The notes under the pieces were generated by a model. The model ran no database searches and was not told the DNA's origin. It worked only from the letters and a program-made list of their open reading frames with translations. Shown piece by piece: positions 23,301 to 35,009 of a stretch of DNA of 64,000 bases. Position numbers and translations under genes: made by a program. The stretch covers positions 310,001 to 374,000 of the forward strand of contig JABVCE010000012.1 in assembly GCA_014905635.1 (NCBI GenBank), read 5' to 3'. How positions within the stretch are numbered: the stretch's first letter is position 1; each line of letters opens with the position of its first letter. Origin of the DNA: Scenedesmus sp. PABB004 (lineage: Eukaryota).

Positions 23301-26300
23301 AACAGGGTTCAAGGGGGCGGCGGGGACGCGGCGGCGGGGGCGGCGGACGCGGCTCTGGCGCCGCCCCGGCGCCCGCCGCCCGCCGCCCGAGCCCCCCTCA
23401 ACCCTGAACCCCGCGCGCCCCGCCCCGCCCCGCACACCCTCAACCCTGAACCCTACACCCCCCGGCCGCCACACCCCGCCAGGCGTTTGAGGACGGCATG
23501 ACCAAGGAGGAGCTGTTTGAGCTGACCGCGATCGACCCCTGGTGGCTCGCGCAGCTCGCCGAGCTGCACGCGACCGAGGTGCGGCGCCCGCCCGCCCTGA
23601 ACCCGCCCGCCCGCCCGCGCGCGACGAGGGGCGGGGGCGCGGAGGGGAGGGGACGGGAGGGAGGGCAGGGCTTAGGAGGCAGGGAGGGAGGGGGGAGGGG
23701 CCCGCCGCCGCCGCCGCGCGCATGGGGGCGCTCCGTTTGGGTGGCCACAGGTAGACGGGCACGCGGTCTGTGATGTGCGGCGTGCCCGTCCACCTGTGGC
23801 CACCCAAACGGAGCGCCTGCACGCGCGCCGCGCGCGGCAGCAGGCAGGCCGCACAGCCGGCAGCCCCCCTCTCCCCGGACCTCCCCGCACCTCCCCAAAC
23901 CCTGGCCCACCCCGCACTGCTCCGCGCCACACGCCACCCTCCACGCCCTCCGCGCCGCCGCGCCCCGTCGCCGCAGATGTGGCTGCGCGAGCAGACGCTG
24001 CACGGCCTCGGCGAGGAGGAGATGCGCGAGCTCAAGTCGCGGGGCTTCAGCGACGCCCAGATCGGCCGCCTCACCGGCAGCACCATGCTCGCCGCGCGCG
24101 CGCACCGCCGCGCGCTCGGCGTCACGCCGTCGTTCAAGCGCGTCGACACGTGCGCCGCCGAGTTCCAGGCGCGTGCGGGGTTTTTTTAGTTAGTTTGTCA
24201 GGGGGCTGCGGGGCTGAGGGGCGCTGCTGCTGCGGCGGGGCGGCAGGCCTCTGCTGCACGGCGGCGGCCCAGCGCGGCGGCGCTCCGCCGCGGGCTCCCC
24301 CTCCCGCCCTTAACCCTGCCGCCCCCGCGCCCCCTAAACCCCGCCAGGCCAACACGCCGTACATGTACTCCACCTACGACGGCCCCTGCGAGAGCGAGCC
24401 CACGACCGGCCGCAAGGCACGCCGCCGCGGCGCGCGACGCCACCGCGCCCGCCCTCGCCGCGGCGCCGGGAGAGAGCCCTGAGCCGCCGCCGCCCTCCCC
24501 GCATGCACACACACCCGCACAGGTGCTCATCCTGGGCGGCGGCCCCAACCGCATCGGGCAGGGCATCGAGTTTGACTACTGCTGCTGCCACGCCTCCTTC
24601 GCGCTGCGGTGCGCGCGGCACAGCGCGGCGCGGCGCGGCGTGGGGGCTGCCGCGCGCAGCAGCGGCCCGAGCCCTGCCTGCTCCCTCTCCCCGCCTCCGC
24701 CGCCCTGCCCCGCTTCCCTCTAAAACCCTTGCCCCCGCCCCGCTAAACCCTGACCCCCCAACCAAAACCCAAAACCCCGCCGCGCAGCGCCGAGGGCTTT
24801 GAGACGATCATGATGAACTGCAACCCCGAGACCGTGTCGACCGACTACGACACCAGCAGCCGCCTCTACTTTGAGCCCATCACGCTCGAGGACGTGCTCA
24901 ACGTCATTGAGGTGAGTTACAACTGTTATTTTTTTTGTTACTTTTGTTGTTACTTTTGATTTTTGACGGCCCGAGCGCGTGGCGTTCGGGGGCGGTGCCC
25001 GCGCCCCGCCTGCGCGCCCGCCGCCGCTCAGCGCAGCCCCGCCCGCCCCGCCCGCCCCGCCCGCGCAAACGCCGCGCGCGCAGGTGGAGCGGCCGGAGGG
25101 CGTGGTCGTGCAGTTTGGCGGGCAGACGCCGCTCAAGATCAGCACCGCGCTGCAGCTCGCGCTCGACGAGAACCCCATCCCCACGGGTGAGGGCGCGGGG
25201 GTTCAGAGTTTGGTGGCGCGGGGCGCACACGCGCGCGCGCTGCACAGCTGCCTTGAGGAGCCCCGCGCCGGGGGCTGCCCCGCCGTCGCGCCGCCGCCGC
25301 CGCCGCTGCGTCGGCCCCGGCCCCCGTCTTTCTCACCCCCGCGTCGTGCCCCGCGCCGCGCAGCGAGCGGCAACGGCAACGTGCGCGTGTGGGGCACGCA
25401 GCCGGACGCGATCGACGAGGCTGAGGACCGCGACCGGTGCGGCGGCGCGCTGCGCTGAGCCGCGCGGCGCGGCGCGGCGCGGCGCGGGGCCGCGGGCGTT
25501 GTCCATGCGCCCGCGCCCGCGCGGCCGGCGCCCGCGCCCCTCCTCACCTCCACTCGTCTCTCCCCGTTCGATCCCCCGAGACCTCGCCCCTAAACCCCGC
25601 CCCGCGCGCCCGCGCGCCCGCTAAACCCAGGTGGATGGCGCTGCTGACGCGGCTCAACATCAAGCAGCCCGCGGGCGGCATGGCGCGCAGCGAGGGCGAG
25701 GCGTTTGACAAGGCCCATGCGCTCGGCTACCCCGTGATGGTGCGCCCCAGCTACGTGCTCGGCGGGCGCGCGATGGAGATCGTGTACAGCGACGACGAGC
25801 TCAAGACGTGAGCCGCCGCGGGGGGCTGGCGGCGGCGCGAGGTTTTGAGGGTTTTGCAGGGTTTTGGGGGGCTGCGCGGCGGGGGCGTTGCGGGGCGTTG
25901 CAGAGCTGCGCGCTCCGCCGTGGACCCGCGCCGCGCCTGCCGCCCGCCCTCCCTCGCGCTCGCGCGCCCGCCCTCTCCCCCCCCCCCCCGCCCGCCCCGA
26001 CAACCACCCACACAACCCCGCCCGCTCACAAAACCCCCCGCCAACCCCCGCACCACCCCGCGCCACCCCGTGCCGCCGCCCCGCAGCTACATCACGACCG
26101 CTGTCGAGGTTGACCCCGACAAGCCGGTGCTGGTGGACAAGTACCTGGACCGCGCGGTGGAGCTCGACGTCGACGCGCTCGCCGACAAGGACGGCAACGT
26201 GGTCATCTGCGGCATCATGGAGCACATCGAGCAGGTGGGGCTGGCGGGCGGTTTAGCAGGGATGTGGCTGGCGTTTAGGGGGGGGGGCACGGGGGCGGGG

Positions 26301-28709
26301 TTTAGTAGGGAGCGGGGCTCGGGCTTTGGGGCATCTGCCGGATCATGGGGGTTAAGGGGGGCAGGGGGGGGGGGGCAGCGGCTGTGCGCGCGCCGCTCGG
26401 GCCGGGCTGTGGGAGGCGTTGAGAAGTACTGGACGGCTTCTGCGGGCCGAGCAGTTCTCCTCAACGCCGCCCACAGCCCGGCCGGGCGGCGCTGCAGCAG
26501 CAGCAAGGCCCCCACCGCGTCGTCGGGCGGCCGGCGGCGGCCCCGCGCCGCCGCGCTGCGCATGCCAGCATCCTGGCAGCCCGCCGGAGGGGCGGCGGCG
26601 GCGCGCGGGGTTTGTTTGACTGGCGCACGCGCGGCGGCGCGCCCCCGCTGACGCCTGCCCTCCCTCCCTGCCCCCCGCTCCCCCTGCCCCCCGCACGCGC
26701 GCGCGCCCCCGCGCAGGCGGGCGTGCACAGCGGGGACAGCGCGTGCGCGCTGCCGACGCAGAGCATTCCCACGACCACGCTCAACACCATCCGCGAGTGG
26801 ACGGTGCAGGTGGCCAAGGCGCTCAAGGTGGTGGGGCTCATCAACATCCAGTACGCCATACAGGTGCGGCGGCTGGGGGCGTGTGTGTGTGGGGGCGTGT
26901 GCGTGTGTGCGTGTGCACGTGCGTGTGTGGGGGCGTGTGCGTGTGTGGGGGCGTGTGCGTGGGTGGATGTGTGGGGAGGGTGTGTGCGTGTGTGGGGGGT
27001 GAAGGGTGGTTCGTGCGGGGCGAAGAGGCGGCTGCGCTCCTCCCCGCCGCCGCGGGCCGCGCCGCGCCGCGGGCCCTTCTTACCCCCCCCCCCCTGAACC
27101 GCTGCCCCCCCCCCCAAACCCCGCGTTTAACCCCCGCAGGACGAGCAGCCGTACATCATCGAGGCCAACCCCCGCGCCTCGCGCACCGTGCCCTTCGTCG
27201 CCAAGGCGGTGCGGCGCGGCGGCGCGCGGGCGCGGCGCGCGGGCGCGCGGGGCGGGCGCAGGCGTGAGAGCGGCGTGCGTGTGCGAGTTCGCCTCGAACA
27301 GCTCTGCTCAGCGGCGGAACTCGCACACGCACGCCCCTCTCACGCACGCGCCTCCCTCCGGCAGCGCTCGCGCTCCCCCCAGCTCAGCTAGACCCCCGAC
27401 ACCCGCACACGCACGCACGTCTCACGCCTCCCTCCCATCATCACACCTCCCCCATCATCACCCCAACCCCACCCACCCACACCCACACACCCACACCCAC
27501 ACACTCACCCCCCCCCCCCCCCCAAACCCCCCCCCCCACCAACCTCCCCCCCAGGTGGGTCACCCCATCGCCAAGTACGCGAGCCTGCTCATGAGCGGCA
27601 AGACCCTGGCCGACATCGGCTTCACCAAGGCGCGCGCCTGCCTTAGGGTTTAGGGTTTAGGGCTCAGGGCTCAGGGCTCAGGGGAGACGTTGTTGACCCT
27701 CCCCTTTCTCTCAAACCCCCCCCCCCCCCAGCACCACCACCACACGCAACACACACCCATCTGCCCGCACCCACCCGCACCCACACACACCCACCTGCCC
27801 ACACACACGCCCACACACCCACCCACCCCCACACACCCGCCCACGCGCGCGCAGGAGCCCACGCCCGCGCACGTGGCGGTGAAGGAGGTGGTGCTGCCCT
27901 TCAGCAAGTTCCCGGGCGCCGACACGCTGCTCGGCCCAGAGATGCGCTCCACCGGCGAGGTGCGACGCGCGTGGGGGGGGGGGGCAGGGAGGGGCGCGGC
28001 GCAGGGGCGGGGGCGCTGGCGGGGGCGCGCGCCGGGCGGGAGGGGCCCGGCCGCGCCGCGCTCCCCGGGCTCGCGCCCGCTGGCCGCCGAGCCCCGCTGG
28101 GCCCCGCCGCTGGGCCCCGCCGCCGAGCCCCGCTAAACCCCGCCGCTGCCGCGGCCCCCCAAAACCCTCGCCGCCAGGTGATGGGCATCGACTACGACTT
28201 TGCCTCCAGCTACGCCAAGGCCCAGATCGCGGCCGGCCAGAAGCTGCCCACCGGCGGTGCGCGCGCGCGCGCCTGCACGCGCCGCGCGCCGCGCGCGGCG
28301 GCACCCCTCTCGGCTCGCGCGCGCGCGCCCCACCAAACCGCGCTCCACCTGCCCCCCTCCTAAACCCTGCACCCCCGCAGGCAAGGTGTTCATCAGCATG
28401 GCCGACAAGTACAAGGCCGACGCGGTGGGCATCGCAAAGGCGCTCGTGGACATGGGCTTTGGCGTCGTCGCGACGCGCGGCACCGCCGCGACGATCATGA
28501 GCGCGGGTGGGTGGGCCCCGCGCAGCGGGGCGCGCCGCGCGCTGGCGGGGCTGCGGCGGGGCGCGCCGCGGCGGCTGCGTGCACGGACCACGCGGGCCGC
28601 GCGCTCGCTGCGTGGCTGCGCGGGGCTGGCCGTGCCGCCGCGCCCTCTCTCCCTCTCCCTCCCTCTCCCTCCCACTCCCTCCCACTGCTTCTCAATCCCT
28701 CCCTCCCGC

Positions 28710-28743
<34 letters not shown>

Positions 28744-28939
28744 CCCACACCCTCCCACCCCCCCCCAGGCATCAAGTGTGAGAGCATCTTCAAGATCAGC
28801 GAGGGCCGGCCCAACCCCGCCGACCTGCTGAAGAACGGCGACATGGGCATGATGATGATCACCAGCGGCGGCGACGAGCCGGACCTGCGCGACGGCAAGG
28901 ACCTGCGCCGCCTCGCGCTCACGCTGCAGGTGCGACGCC

Positions 28940-28976
<37 letters not shown>

Positions 28977-29446
28977 GGGGCGCGCGGCGCGGCGTGCGCG
29001 GCCGCACGCGGCCGCGGCTGGCGGCGCGCGCGCCGCGGCCGGCGCGGGCGGGCGTTGAGGGCAGCCGCACCCACACCCACACCCACACCCTCACACCCAC
29101 ACCCGCACACGCACGCCCACCCACACCCACACACACGCCCACACACACGCGCCCACACACACGCGCCCACACCCGCCCATCCCCCCCCCCCCTCTCACCC
29201 CCCAGGTGCCGATCATCACGACCATTGCGGGCGCGCGCGCGACGGTGCAGGCGCTGCGCGCGGTGCGCGCGGGCCCGCTGCAGCAGGTGCCCCTGCAGCA
29301 CTACTTCCCTGATTACAGGTGAGCGGACATACGGGGCGGCGGCGCGGTGGCGCAGCGCCTGCGGGGTGTAGGGGGTGGCTGGGCGGGGCGCAGGCGTGCG
29401 GGGCGGGCGCGCGCTGCTCTCCCTCGCCCCGCCCCGCTCCCTCCCT

Positions 29447-29477
<31 letters not shown>

Positions 29478-29595
29478 CCTACCTCTCTCTCTCCCCCTCT
29501 CTCACTATCTCACTCCCTCTCCCCCCCCCCCCACCCCCCACAGGGATGACAGCAACTACCTCATGACCGGCATTCCCGAGCCCACGCGGCAGTGA
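18526..29595 (+). CDS. carB: Carbamoyl-phosphate synthase large subunit, probable plastid transit peptide, ~31 introns
   Basis: [113 protein letters not shown] domain ATRGT. N-terminus is Ala/Arg-rich. Confidence 0.97.
27642..27683 (+). repeat. Interstitial telomere-like tract TTAGGG(TTTAGGG)2(CTCAGGG)3 in a carB intron
   Basis: Read directly from the sequence. Confidence 0.85.
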
Positions 29596-30071
29596 AGTGG
29601 CTCGAGGCAGAGGGCTCAACAGGGCTCAACAACAGGGCTCAACAGGGTTCAAGGGTTCGAGGGCGCGCGCGCGGGGAGAAGGAAAGGTCCTGGGAGGGGG
29701 CGCTGGCAGCGGCGGCGGCGAGGGGCACTGGGCAGGGCGCTGCGGCGGCCAGCGGGGCAGGGGGGGGAGCAGCGGCCGGCCGGCGGGGCAGGGCCGCGAC
29801 GCGGCGCGGAGGGAGCGAGGGGCGGAGCGAGGGAGCTGGGGGCGCGCTGCGCGGCACGGGCGCCCGGCGCGGGCGCTGCTGGACTGAACCCCACACGGCG
29901 GCCGGGCGCAGGGGCGCGTCGCTTTTTCTGGCTCGGGAGCCTCCCGGCCGGCGCGCGCGCGGCGCGCGCTGAGTAAAAACGCTCGCGGAGGGTCCATGTC
30001 ATGGCGCCGTTGCTGGGTGCTGGCGGCGGCGGCACGTCGCCGCGCCGCGCCCACCCGGCAGCGGCGCCACG

Positions 30072-32380
30072 CGGGCGGCGGTGCAGGGCCCAGGGCGCAG
30101 GCGCCGCCCGGCCGGCTGCCTGCGCCGTCGCCGAGGAGGCCCCCCGCGCGCGCCGCCCCGCTGCCCACAGTCGCCGCCCTCTCAGCGCCCCTGCCGCACA
30201 CACGCACACACGAGCGCCGGCCGCGGCCCTCACAGCTCCCGCACGCACCGCGCCGCCGCCGCGCAGCGCCCGCCCCCGCCCGCGGCGCGCCCCTGGCCCG
30301 GCGGGGCGCGGCCGTGCGGGCGCCTGGTGACTGGATCGTGCCGCCCAGCGCAGCGCCAGGCGAGCCGGGCGCGCGGGCGGGGAGGGCGGCAGGCGGGCCG
30401 CGCTGCGCGGCGCCTGCTGCGGGCGGCGGGGGCACCGGCGGTGCGCGGCAGGCGGGCGTGTCGCGTGGACCGGCGGGTCTGCGCGCCTGGAGCGCCGCTT
30501 GCAGGCCTGCCGCCGCGCCGCCGCGCCGGGGCGGGGGCGGGCGCCGCGCGCTGCTGCTGCCGCGCTCACGCCGCCCGCGCGCTCGCGCCCGCTGCTGCCG
30601 GTGCCCCGCCTGCTGCTCACTGGTGGCCCGCAGGCTGTTAGGTGGCACCATGGCGTCTGCGCCGGAGGGCAAGCGGCGCGCCGGGCCGACCACGGGCGCG
30701 CGGGCGGCAGCAGCAGCGGCCGCGGGCGAGGCGCCGTGCAGCGCAGACGCGGCGGCGAGGTGGGTCCGCTGCTGCTGCTGCTGCTGCTGGCGCTCCCTGG
30801 CTGGTGTTGCCTGGCGCGGCACGCGCTGCCCACAAGCCACCACCGCCGGCAGCAGGCGCCGCCTGACCGCCCGCCGCCCGCCCGCCCGCCCCACCGCACC
30901 GCGCCGCGCCGCCAGCAGCCCGCTGCCGGAGCTGCCTGAGCCCCTCGTGCTTCACGTCCTGAGCCTCTGGCCGCCGGCCCTGCAGGCGTGGGCTGCCAAG
31001 CTGGTCTGCAAGGCTGCGTGCGAGCGCTTCCGCGGCGCCACGGTCGTCTCGCTGCGCTGCCCCGAGCTGCCGCTGGCGGCGGTGCAGGAGGCGTGGCGGG
31101 CGGTGCAGGGTGACAAGCGGGTGCAGCAGGGGCAGCGGTGGCAGCTGGCAGGGGCGCGCGCGGCGTGCGGCGACATGGCGGCGCTGGCCTGGCTGCGGGG
31201 CGCCGGCTGCAACATGGGCGGCGTGGGCCGGGCAGCAGCGGAGCACGGCCAGCTCGCCGTGCTGGAGTGCGCGCGCGGCGAGGGGCTGGACCTGGAGTAC
31301 GTGGCCTGGGAAGCAGCATTCGCCGGCCAGCTCGCCGTGCTGGAGTGGGCGCGCGGCGAGGGGCTCGACCCGCAGCTCGTGTGCGAGGGCGCAGCCGAGG
31401 GCGGGCACATGGCGGCGCTGCGCTGGGCGCGCGATCGGACGCCGCCGCTGCCGTGGGCTGGGAAATGGGTGTGCAGGTACGCTGCGCAGCGCGGCGACCT
31501 GGAGATGCTGCGCTGGGCGCGCGCCCAGGACGAGCCCGCGCCGTGGGACGAGGGGGCGTGCGGGGCGGCGGCTCTGCACGGGCAGCTGGAGGCGCTGCGC
31601 TGGCTGCGCGCCAACGGCTGCCCGTGGGAGCGCAGCAACTGCGAGGTCTGCGCAGCACACAACGGCGACCAGTCGGTGGTCGCGTGGATCCGGGCGCAGC
31701 CCGCGTCGCCAGACGACGGCTCTGATTCTGAAGGTTCCGATGATCTAAACTCGGACGCCGACTGAGATCAGGGCGCGGCATGTGGTGTGCGCGTGGCGAG
31801 GGAGAGGGAAGGGAAGTTGGCGGCGGCGAGGCGGCGCGTGCTGGCAACCGGCCGACCGCGCACGCAGCGCACCTCGGCAGTCGCGGTCCTGCGCCGGGCG
31901 CTGGTAGCGGCGGCACGTCGACGCACCGTGCCGTCCCGGCAGCCACGGCACGCAGGCGGCGGTGCAGGGCCAAGGGCCCAGGCGCCGCCCGGCCAGCTGC
32001 CCGCGCCGCCGCCGAGGAGGCCCCCGCGCCGCCCCGCCGCCACACGCAGCTGCCGCCTCAGCGCCCCTGCCACGCACACACACTCGAGCGCCGGCCGCGG
32101 CCCGCAGCGCCCGCACGCACCGCGCCGCCGCCGCGCAGCGCCCGCCCCCGCCCGCGGCGCGCCCCTGGCCAGGCTGGGGTAGACCTGCGGGCGCCTGACG
32201 GCTGGTCTGACCCGCCCAGTGCAGTGCCAGGCGAGCCGGTCGCGCGGGCAGGCGGGAGGGCAGCGGCGGGCGGGCAGCGCTGCGCGGCGCCCGCTGCAGG
32301 CGGCGGGGGCACCGGCGGTGCGCGGCGTAGTGTGTTGGGTGATCACCCGGTCCTGCGCGCCTCGGGCGCCGCTGGCAGGC
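30072..32380 (+). repeat. Head-to-tail pair U5 + leader-only U6
   Basis: Leader ~30072, gene, spacer ~31770-31954, then a second leader that diverges near 32380. Confidence 0.9.
30650..31765 (+). CDS. F-box-like + ankyrin-like repeat protein (U5), five core repeats, ~319 aa spliced
   Basis: ATG 30650, intron 30760-30915, LPELPEPLVLHVLS...LVCK, short acidic tail. Confidence 0.87.
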   Translation: MASAPEGKRRAGPTTGARAAAAAAAGEAPCSADAAARWVRCCCCCCWRSLAGVAWRGTRCPQATTAGSRRRLTARRPPARPTAPRRAASSPLPELPEPLVLHVLSLWPPALQAWAAKLVCKAACERFRGATVVSLRCPELPLAAVQEAWRAVQGDKRVQQGQRWQLAGARAACGDMAALAWLRGAGCNMGGVGRAAAEHGQLAVLECARGEGLDLEYVAWEAAFAGQLAVLEWARGEGLDPQLVCEGAAEGGHMAALRWARDRTPPLPWAGKWVCRYAAQRGDLEMLRWARAQDEPAPWDEGACGAAALHGQLEALRWLRANGCPWERSNCEVCAAHNGDQSVVAWIRAQPASPDDGSDSEGSDDLNSDAD

Positions 32381-32488
32381 TCAGGCCGCCGCTGCTGCCG
32401 CTGCCGGCGGCCGGCCGCCGCTGCTGCCGCTGCCGCCGGGGCGCCGACGCCCGCCGCCCTGCTGCTCGCGCGTGGCCAGGGCCGCGCG

Positions 32489-34917
32489 ATGTTCAAGGTC
32501 ACCGCGCAGGACGGGCTGGCGCGGTGCGGGCAGCTCGCGCTGCGCGGCGGCGGCGCGGCGACGCCGGCGAGCCTGCTCTACACGCGCCGCGGAGGCTGCC
32601 TCTTCCTCTCGCCCGACCTCATGGAGCGCCTGCGCCCCGAGGCGGCGCTGGTGCAGGTCAACGCCATGCAGTTGTGCGCGCGCGGCCCGCGCCGCCGCGG
32701 CACAGCGCGCGCGCGGGGCTCGGCGCGCTGCGCCGCCGCGGCCGGCCGGCCCCCTCCCCTCTCCCTACCTCAGCCCCGCCCGCCGCCGCCCGCGCGGCGC
32801 GGCGCCGCCGTGCAGCATGGCGATGCCCGCGCCGGACGTGCTCGCGGCCGTCGCGGGGGCGCGCGGCGCGGCCGGCTACCTGGGCCTGGCCGGCTGGCCG
32901 CTGCTGCTGACCAACCGCGACGCGACGCTGGCCGAGTACTTTGCCGCCAAGCCCTCCAACAGCGCCGCAGCGGCGGTCACGGTCTCGACCGGCGGCATGA
33001 TGGTGCGGGCGGCGACGGCGCCCCCGGCGCGCGGCGCGGGGCGCGGGGCGGGCGGGACGCGGGAGGACGCGCGGGCGCGTGAGGCGCGGCGCCGGCGGCT
33101 GCGCCGGCACCCCGCGGGCCGGCGGGCGGGCTGAGCCCGCTGCGGGCGGGCGTCCCGGCCGCGGCGCCAGGTGTCGCCCGAGCGCTACATGGCGGCCGTC
33201 GCCGCGCTGGCGCCCGACGTGTACGTCGCGCTCGCTGACGAGGTGCCCGGCGACGCGAGCGCGAAGCGCGTCGCGCAGAGCGTCGACCGCACGGCGCGGG
33301 TGTGCAGCGGCGCGCCGCGCCGCGCGCTGCACGGGGCCGCACCTCGCGTTGGGCGCCGCGCGCGCGCGCGCGCACGCCGAGCGCGCCCCGCCCCGCCCCG
33401 AGCGCAGTGGCTCGACGAGTGCATTCAGCGGCACACGGCCATCCAGCAGCAGGAGCAGCAGGCGCAGCAGGCGCAGCAGGCGCAGCAGGCGCAGCTGGCG
33501 CAGCAGCAGGAGCAGCAGCAGGAGCAGCAGGCGGGCCAGCAGCGGGCGTGCGGCGGCGCCATGTGGGATGGCCCGGAGGCGCAGCTGCTTGCGCCCGTCG
33601 TGGGCGGCGCGCTGCTCGAGGAGCGCGCGCGCTCGGCCAAGGCGGCGGCGGAGCGCGACGTCGCCGGTGCGCGCGCATCGCGCGCGCGTCGCACGCCAGC
33701 AGCAGCAGCAGCGGCGGCGACCCTCTCACGCCCGCGCGCCCGCCCCTAAACCCCAGGCTTTGCTCTGTGCGGCCTCGGCATGGGCGAGGCCGCGTCGGCG
33801 CGGCCGGGCCTCATCCGCGCGGCGTTGCAGCACCTGCCCGACGCCAAGCCCCGCCTCGCCAACGGCCTGGTGCGCGCTGCCCCGCCCCGCGCGCGCTCCT
33901 CGCCGCGCCGCGTCGCCGCCGCCGCCGACCGTCCGGCGACGCTGCGTCCGCTGCGTCCCTGCATCCGCCGACCCTGCATCCGCTGCCGCCCCCGCCGCCG
34001 CCGCCCCCGCCGCCGCCCCCGCCGCCGCCCCGCCCCGGCAGGCGTCGCCGGACGAGGTGCTCGACGCCGTGGCGGCGGGCGTGGACCTTTTTGATGCCAC
34101 ATACCCAACCCACGCCACCGCCAACGGCTACGCGCTCTCGTTCGCCCTCGCCCCGCCGCCCCGCGGCGCCGGCGGCGCGGACGGCGGCGGAGGCGGCGGC
34201 GCGGCGCGGGCGCGGGCGGCGGCGAGCGGCGGCGAGGGCGGCGCCGAGGTGGGCGGCGCCGAGGACGGCGGCGATGACACCAAAATCAACCTGTGGTCGC
34301 TCAAGTACAGGTGCGTGTTTGTGTGTGTGTGTGTGTGGGGGGGGGGGGGGTGCGTGGCTGCGCATGCGCGCGCGTGCGTGAGCGCGCAGCGCGGGCCGCG
34401 CCGCGCCGCCACGACCGCGGCCTAAGCCCTAAATCCTAAATCGCTCGCAGGATGGACAAGGGCCCGCTCGTGCCGGGGTGCCGCTGCTTCACGTGCCGCG
34501 CGCACAGCCGCGCGTACGTGCACCACCTGCTGCAGACGCACGAGATGCTCGGCGGCGTGCTGCTCGAGCTGCACAACACCCACTGGTGGCTCGCCTTTTT
34601 CGCGGCGCTGCGGCAGGCGATCCAGGTGTGTGATCTGCGTGCGTGCATGTGCGTGTGGCGAGGCGCAGGCTGCGCCCGCGCGTCCGGCGAGGTCGAGCTG
34701 TGCGCGCCGCCGCCGGCGCCGACGCGCCGCCGCCGCACCGCCGCCGCCGCGCGCGCAGGAGGGGCGGCTGGGCGAGTATTCCGAGTGGTTCCGGCGGCGC
34801 CGCGCGGCGGCGCAGCAGTGGGAGGCGGCGGCGGCGGCGGAGCCGAACCAGCGGGCCGCCGCGCAGCAGCAGCCGTGGACGCCGCGCGGCGCGCAGGCTG
34901 CCGCCGACAAGGCCTGA
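32489..34917 (+). CDS. QTRT2: Queuine tRNA-ribosyltransferase accessory subunit-like (TGT family)
   Basis: ARCGQL, TPASLLYTRRG, KRVAQSVDRT..WLDEC, GVDLFDATYP, and Zn site CRCFTC...RAYVHHLL...HEML...HN. Confidence 0.85.
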
Positions 34918-35009
34918 CGTGTCGTCCGGCCATGTGCGCCGGCGGTGCTGGGCGGTGCAACGTGCTGTCATCACAGCGAGAGCGCGACCACGCACCCGCC
35001 CGGCGGGCG

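Noticed and set aside
24912..24966. AT-rich island as a foreign insertion
   Set aside because: It is a short T-rich stretch at the start of a normal GT-AG intron, with no element hallmarks.
30770..30800. Poly-Cys metal-binding motif in cassette proteins
   Set aside because: It derives from a (CTG)n microsatellite inside the predicted intron and is read in different frames in different copies.
15560..34917. DPH1, carB and QTRT2 as a functional gene cluster
   Set aside because: These belong to unrelated pathways, and adjacency in a eukaryotic genome is not evidence of a cluster.
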